A DNA stretch of 51,896 nt, the filler included, from Jimgerdemannia flammicorona (lineage: Eukaryota), in NCBI GenBank assembly GCA_003990765.1. It is 2 parts of 2 records of this genome, joined end to end, with 100 filler letters (N's around TTAATTAATTAA, not from the genome) between each part and the next. Parts side by side here need not be neighbours in the genome. Positions count along the whole stretch, not along the records: positions 26,004 to 51,896 come from RBNJ01000779.1; 1 more part is not named here. One strand, written 5' to 3'. Made by a program: the position numbers and the translations under genes. This document shows positions 48,901-51,896 of the stretch, piece after piece (positions within the stretch are counted from its first letter, which is position 1; each line of letters begins with the position of its first letter). The notes under the pieces were generated by a model. The model ran no database searches. It saw nothing but the letters and a program-made list of their open reading frames with translations, and was not told where the DNA came from.

Positions 48901-50454
48901 GATCAAGTGACTACTGAGTCAGTATATAATTATATTGCATAAGACTAATTAAACTATATAATGACTTTTATGCTATTTATAAGTTTAGATACTATCTAGA
49001 TATTTTTTGATAAGGTCACTATTGATGATATCATCACTGATAATGTAGTTATCTAAGAATAGTAGTTCTTGAATTATGTCTCTCTGTTTATTCATATAGT
49101 AATATATTGGAATTATATTACTATCCTATAAATAATATCATCTATCTCATATACTGAGTATAGTATTGGTGGGCAGATAATCTTCATTTTTACTAAATTT
49201 ACTATTAGTATATCTTTAGTAGATTATAGTACTATATATTGCAAAGTTGTAGTAAGCTGGTGACTTTTCTTTATATCATTTATACTTAGGAGATAAAGTT
49301 GTTGATTTTATCTTAAGGGTTGTCTGGAGGTATAGGTAGTGTTCTCTAATCTCTTCATTATAGTTAAAGTAGTCAGATATGAATATAGGTTGATACTCAT
49401 ATCAGTGGTCATTATCTTAATAGATCTTATATATAGTTATAAACTATTGTAAGTTTATTGGCATAGTTAGCAGTATAATCAGTATTGGTAGGGATTTTTG
49501 GCTAAAGATTATATCAGTATCAGAGGGGTCATTGTCTTCTGTTTTATCATTATTAAATCAGATTATATTATAAATATCCTTTATAGTATATCTAACTTAT
49601 AGCATTTGCAAGATATAGTTATTAGGATATAGGAAGGGTCTGTCTGAAGTTTAAGCATACTCAATATACTTATAGTTGAGTTCTTATATCTTGTTATCAA
49701 TTTGGCCATAGGTCAGTATGAAACCCATTTTGGCAGTAGTAACTCAGAGGTAGAAAATAAAGATATTGTACCCATAAAAGAGTTCTTGGTGTTTATAACT
49801 AATGGGTTTCTGGTGTTGAAATATTTTGGTAATATCTGTATTATAGTAATGGTTTTTTTTTATTTTATTTTATTTTATTTTTTTTTTTTATAGTCACTCA
49901 GACTTCTTACTTTATTAATACACCCATCTATCTTATATATAATATACAGTGCCCACTCCTATCCAATCTTTCTAGAGGGGGAGTATTATAGTAATGATTA
50001 ATGATGTCTTTCAGGAGATAGCTGATCTGATAGTAACTTGAGATTTGTCTGATTTGGTGAGCCTTGCTAAGTATGTTTAGGGTATTTTATCAGACTTTTA
50101 TAAAATAGAGGGGTACTAAGCTATGGATATTCATGAGAGATAGGAGAGCTGTAGCTCAGTTGATAATAGTATTCTAAATATTAGCACAGATATAGTTGTA
50201 GACTTCAGTGGTCATATCTAGATATATATTCGAGAGTTATAATTATTTATCTAATTTATTGTGGTTCTTTATTTTGATATACTGTATATTTAGTATATAT
50301 AATTTTTTATTCTGATTGATAAGGTTCTGTTTTCATAAATCTTATATTCTATAACTTTGAGTTTACTTAGCTTTATAATCTGGTAGTTGATTTCTGAATT
50401 TGTTCTGAGAGAGATATATAATTTTGGTAGCTTAGTGGTTCTTAGCTTATATAA

Positions 50455-51896
50455 TGTCATATAGTGGTTGCTGAGTCTTTCAAATATACCAGATTCTCTT
50501 CAAGGTGTATCTCTTAGACTAACTCAAGTTTGTTATAAGCAAGTTCTTATTGGAGTGCCTTTCCAAGGTCTTATAGTCCTCAAACTTCTTATCTTTAAAC
50601 TATCTTATTACCTCTTAGATTGCTTGTAAGGAAGTATATATATTACACTGAGAGGAACTGACTTTATTTCAGAGAAAATAAGAGGAGTATTTATACAAAA
50701 TATAATTCAATGGTTGCTAAGATATAAAGCAAAATATAAATTCAAATAACTAAAATAAAATGCCAGGACAGGAAAAACTGCAAAGTTCCAGGGTTGGCAC
50801 TGATGGTTGTATAGGTTCAAGATACTGATATAATTCAGTGTTACATCAGAATGCTAGTGCTGGCATTATTCAGTGTAACCAAGAGACTTAGAGCAGAATG
50901 TTCAAGATCATAGGGGCTTCATCCTCATCAGAGGTCAGGATGTCTTTGAAGAAGATGAGATCTGTAAATATCTCATCTGTCTCGTCATCATCATCATATA
51001 GATTGTGCATTTTGTATACTTTGCATGCTTTGCATATGTTGTGCAGGATGACATCTTCACTGATGATGTCATTACATTAAGCAGTAGCAGTGGAAACAAG
51101 GAGATCTGGAGCTCTCCAGTCTATAAGGTTCTCTTCCACAAAATAGAGAACAAATGTGGGGTCTTGGGGAGATCTAACCTGGATGCTTGGGCCATGGAAT
51201 ACTGAGATCAATCCTTGCAGAAATTGGTCTGGGTTGTCCTGAAGGATGGGATATCAGAAGTGTTCTACTTCATCATTATTGAGGGTGATAGTGGACTGGG
51301 CTTCTGTAGCCACTCTGACTTCTAGTACATTGATAGAGTAGGATGACAGATCTCTGAAATCTGAGACTCTAACATACTCCAAGTTGGGGATTAACCATGG
51401 TGTATGCCTGAAGATCTGATAGATCTTCTTAGCTGTCCTTATTTCATGTATATCCATGGGAGTGGTATCTTGTAGCTCTTGAGTGCTGGCCTGTGGGAAC
51501 TCCTGGCAGAGGAGGTTTTCTATTTCATACTCACGCCATATTTGGAGGCATTCAGTAGCAATGGTGATCCTTGTTTCCATTTCATAGCAGTAGAGGATAT
51601 AATGATAAGGGTCACCAGTACCCAGGTTGACACTAGGAGTCCTTCTTGAGCAGGTCCTCATGGCTCTTCTGATGTCTTGGAACATTCTTTCTTCAACTGA
51701 GATGCCTTGGTGGTTCCTTGACCTTGAGGTTTGGTGAGCAGCAGGCATTTCATTTGTAGTAAGTCTCTGAGCTATTTTGGGATTGGTGGGTCTAATTGGT
51801 TGCTGCTACTGTGATTTCTTGGTCCATCTTTTATATTCTTCAAGATACTCATACTGTGATCACAATGACTCACAGTTGGTCATCATTGCTCATCTT
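50455..51896 (-). repeat. Third family A LTR (solo or 3' LTR), running off the window; contains ORF copy 51748-~50888
   Basis: Reverse complement of ~17040-18705; ends ...atgaca at 50455 with no PBS following. Confidence 0.9.

Noticed and set aside
49974..50454. Purine tract agagggggag followed by a possible further LTR start
   Set aside because: No second copy or coding context in the window, so boundaries cannot be supported.

Overview
Eukaryotic, transposon-saturated window. The intron style, a TKL-kinase/Sel1 gene, a Plavaka relic and a dUTPase-bearing Gypsy suggest a fungus, plausibly an early-diverging Mucoromycota lineage; this taxonomy is inference only. One host gene is present (5444-10026, minus). 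Hand splicing joins a protein kinase, a 3x32-aa repeat, Sel1-like repeats and a C-terminal legume-type (L-type) lectin into one protein with no visible signal peptide or TM helix, and there is one frameshift near 9830. About 200 bp upstream sits a young, endonuclease-less Penelope-like retroelement (10231-15004) with a Cys/His-motif ORF1, a candidate -1 frameshift into RT, a 337-bp fold-back at its left end and a hairpin-rich module bounded by 15-bp inverted repeats. The rest is nested, C-to-T-decayed TEs: a hAT relic, several Gypsy elements (one with dUTPase and a ~274-codon ORF inside its LTR, seen in 3 copies), four L1/Tx1-like LINE copies (two near full length, head to head), a Plavaka transposase relic, minisatellites and a 100-bp assembly gap. 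No rRNA, tRNA or CRISPR was seen. All calls come from motif recognition by eye, without database searches.
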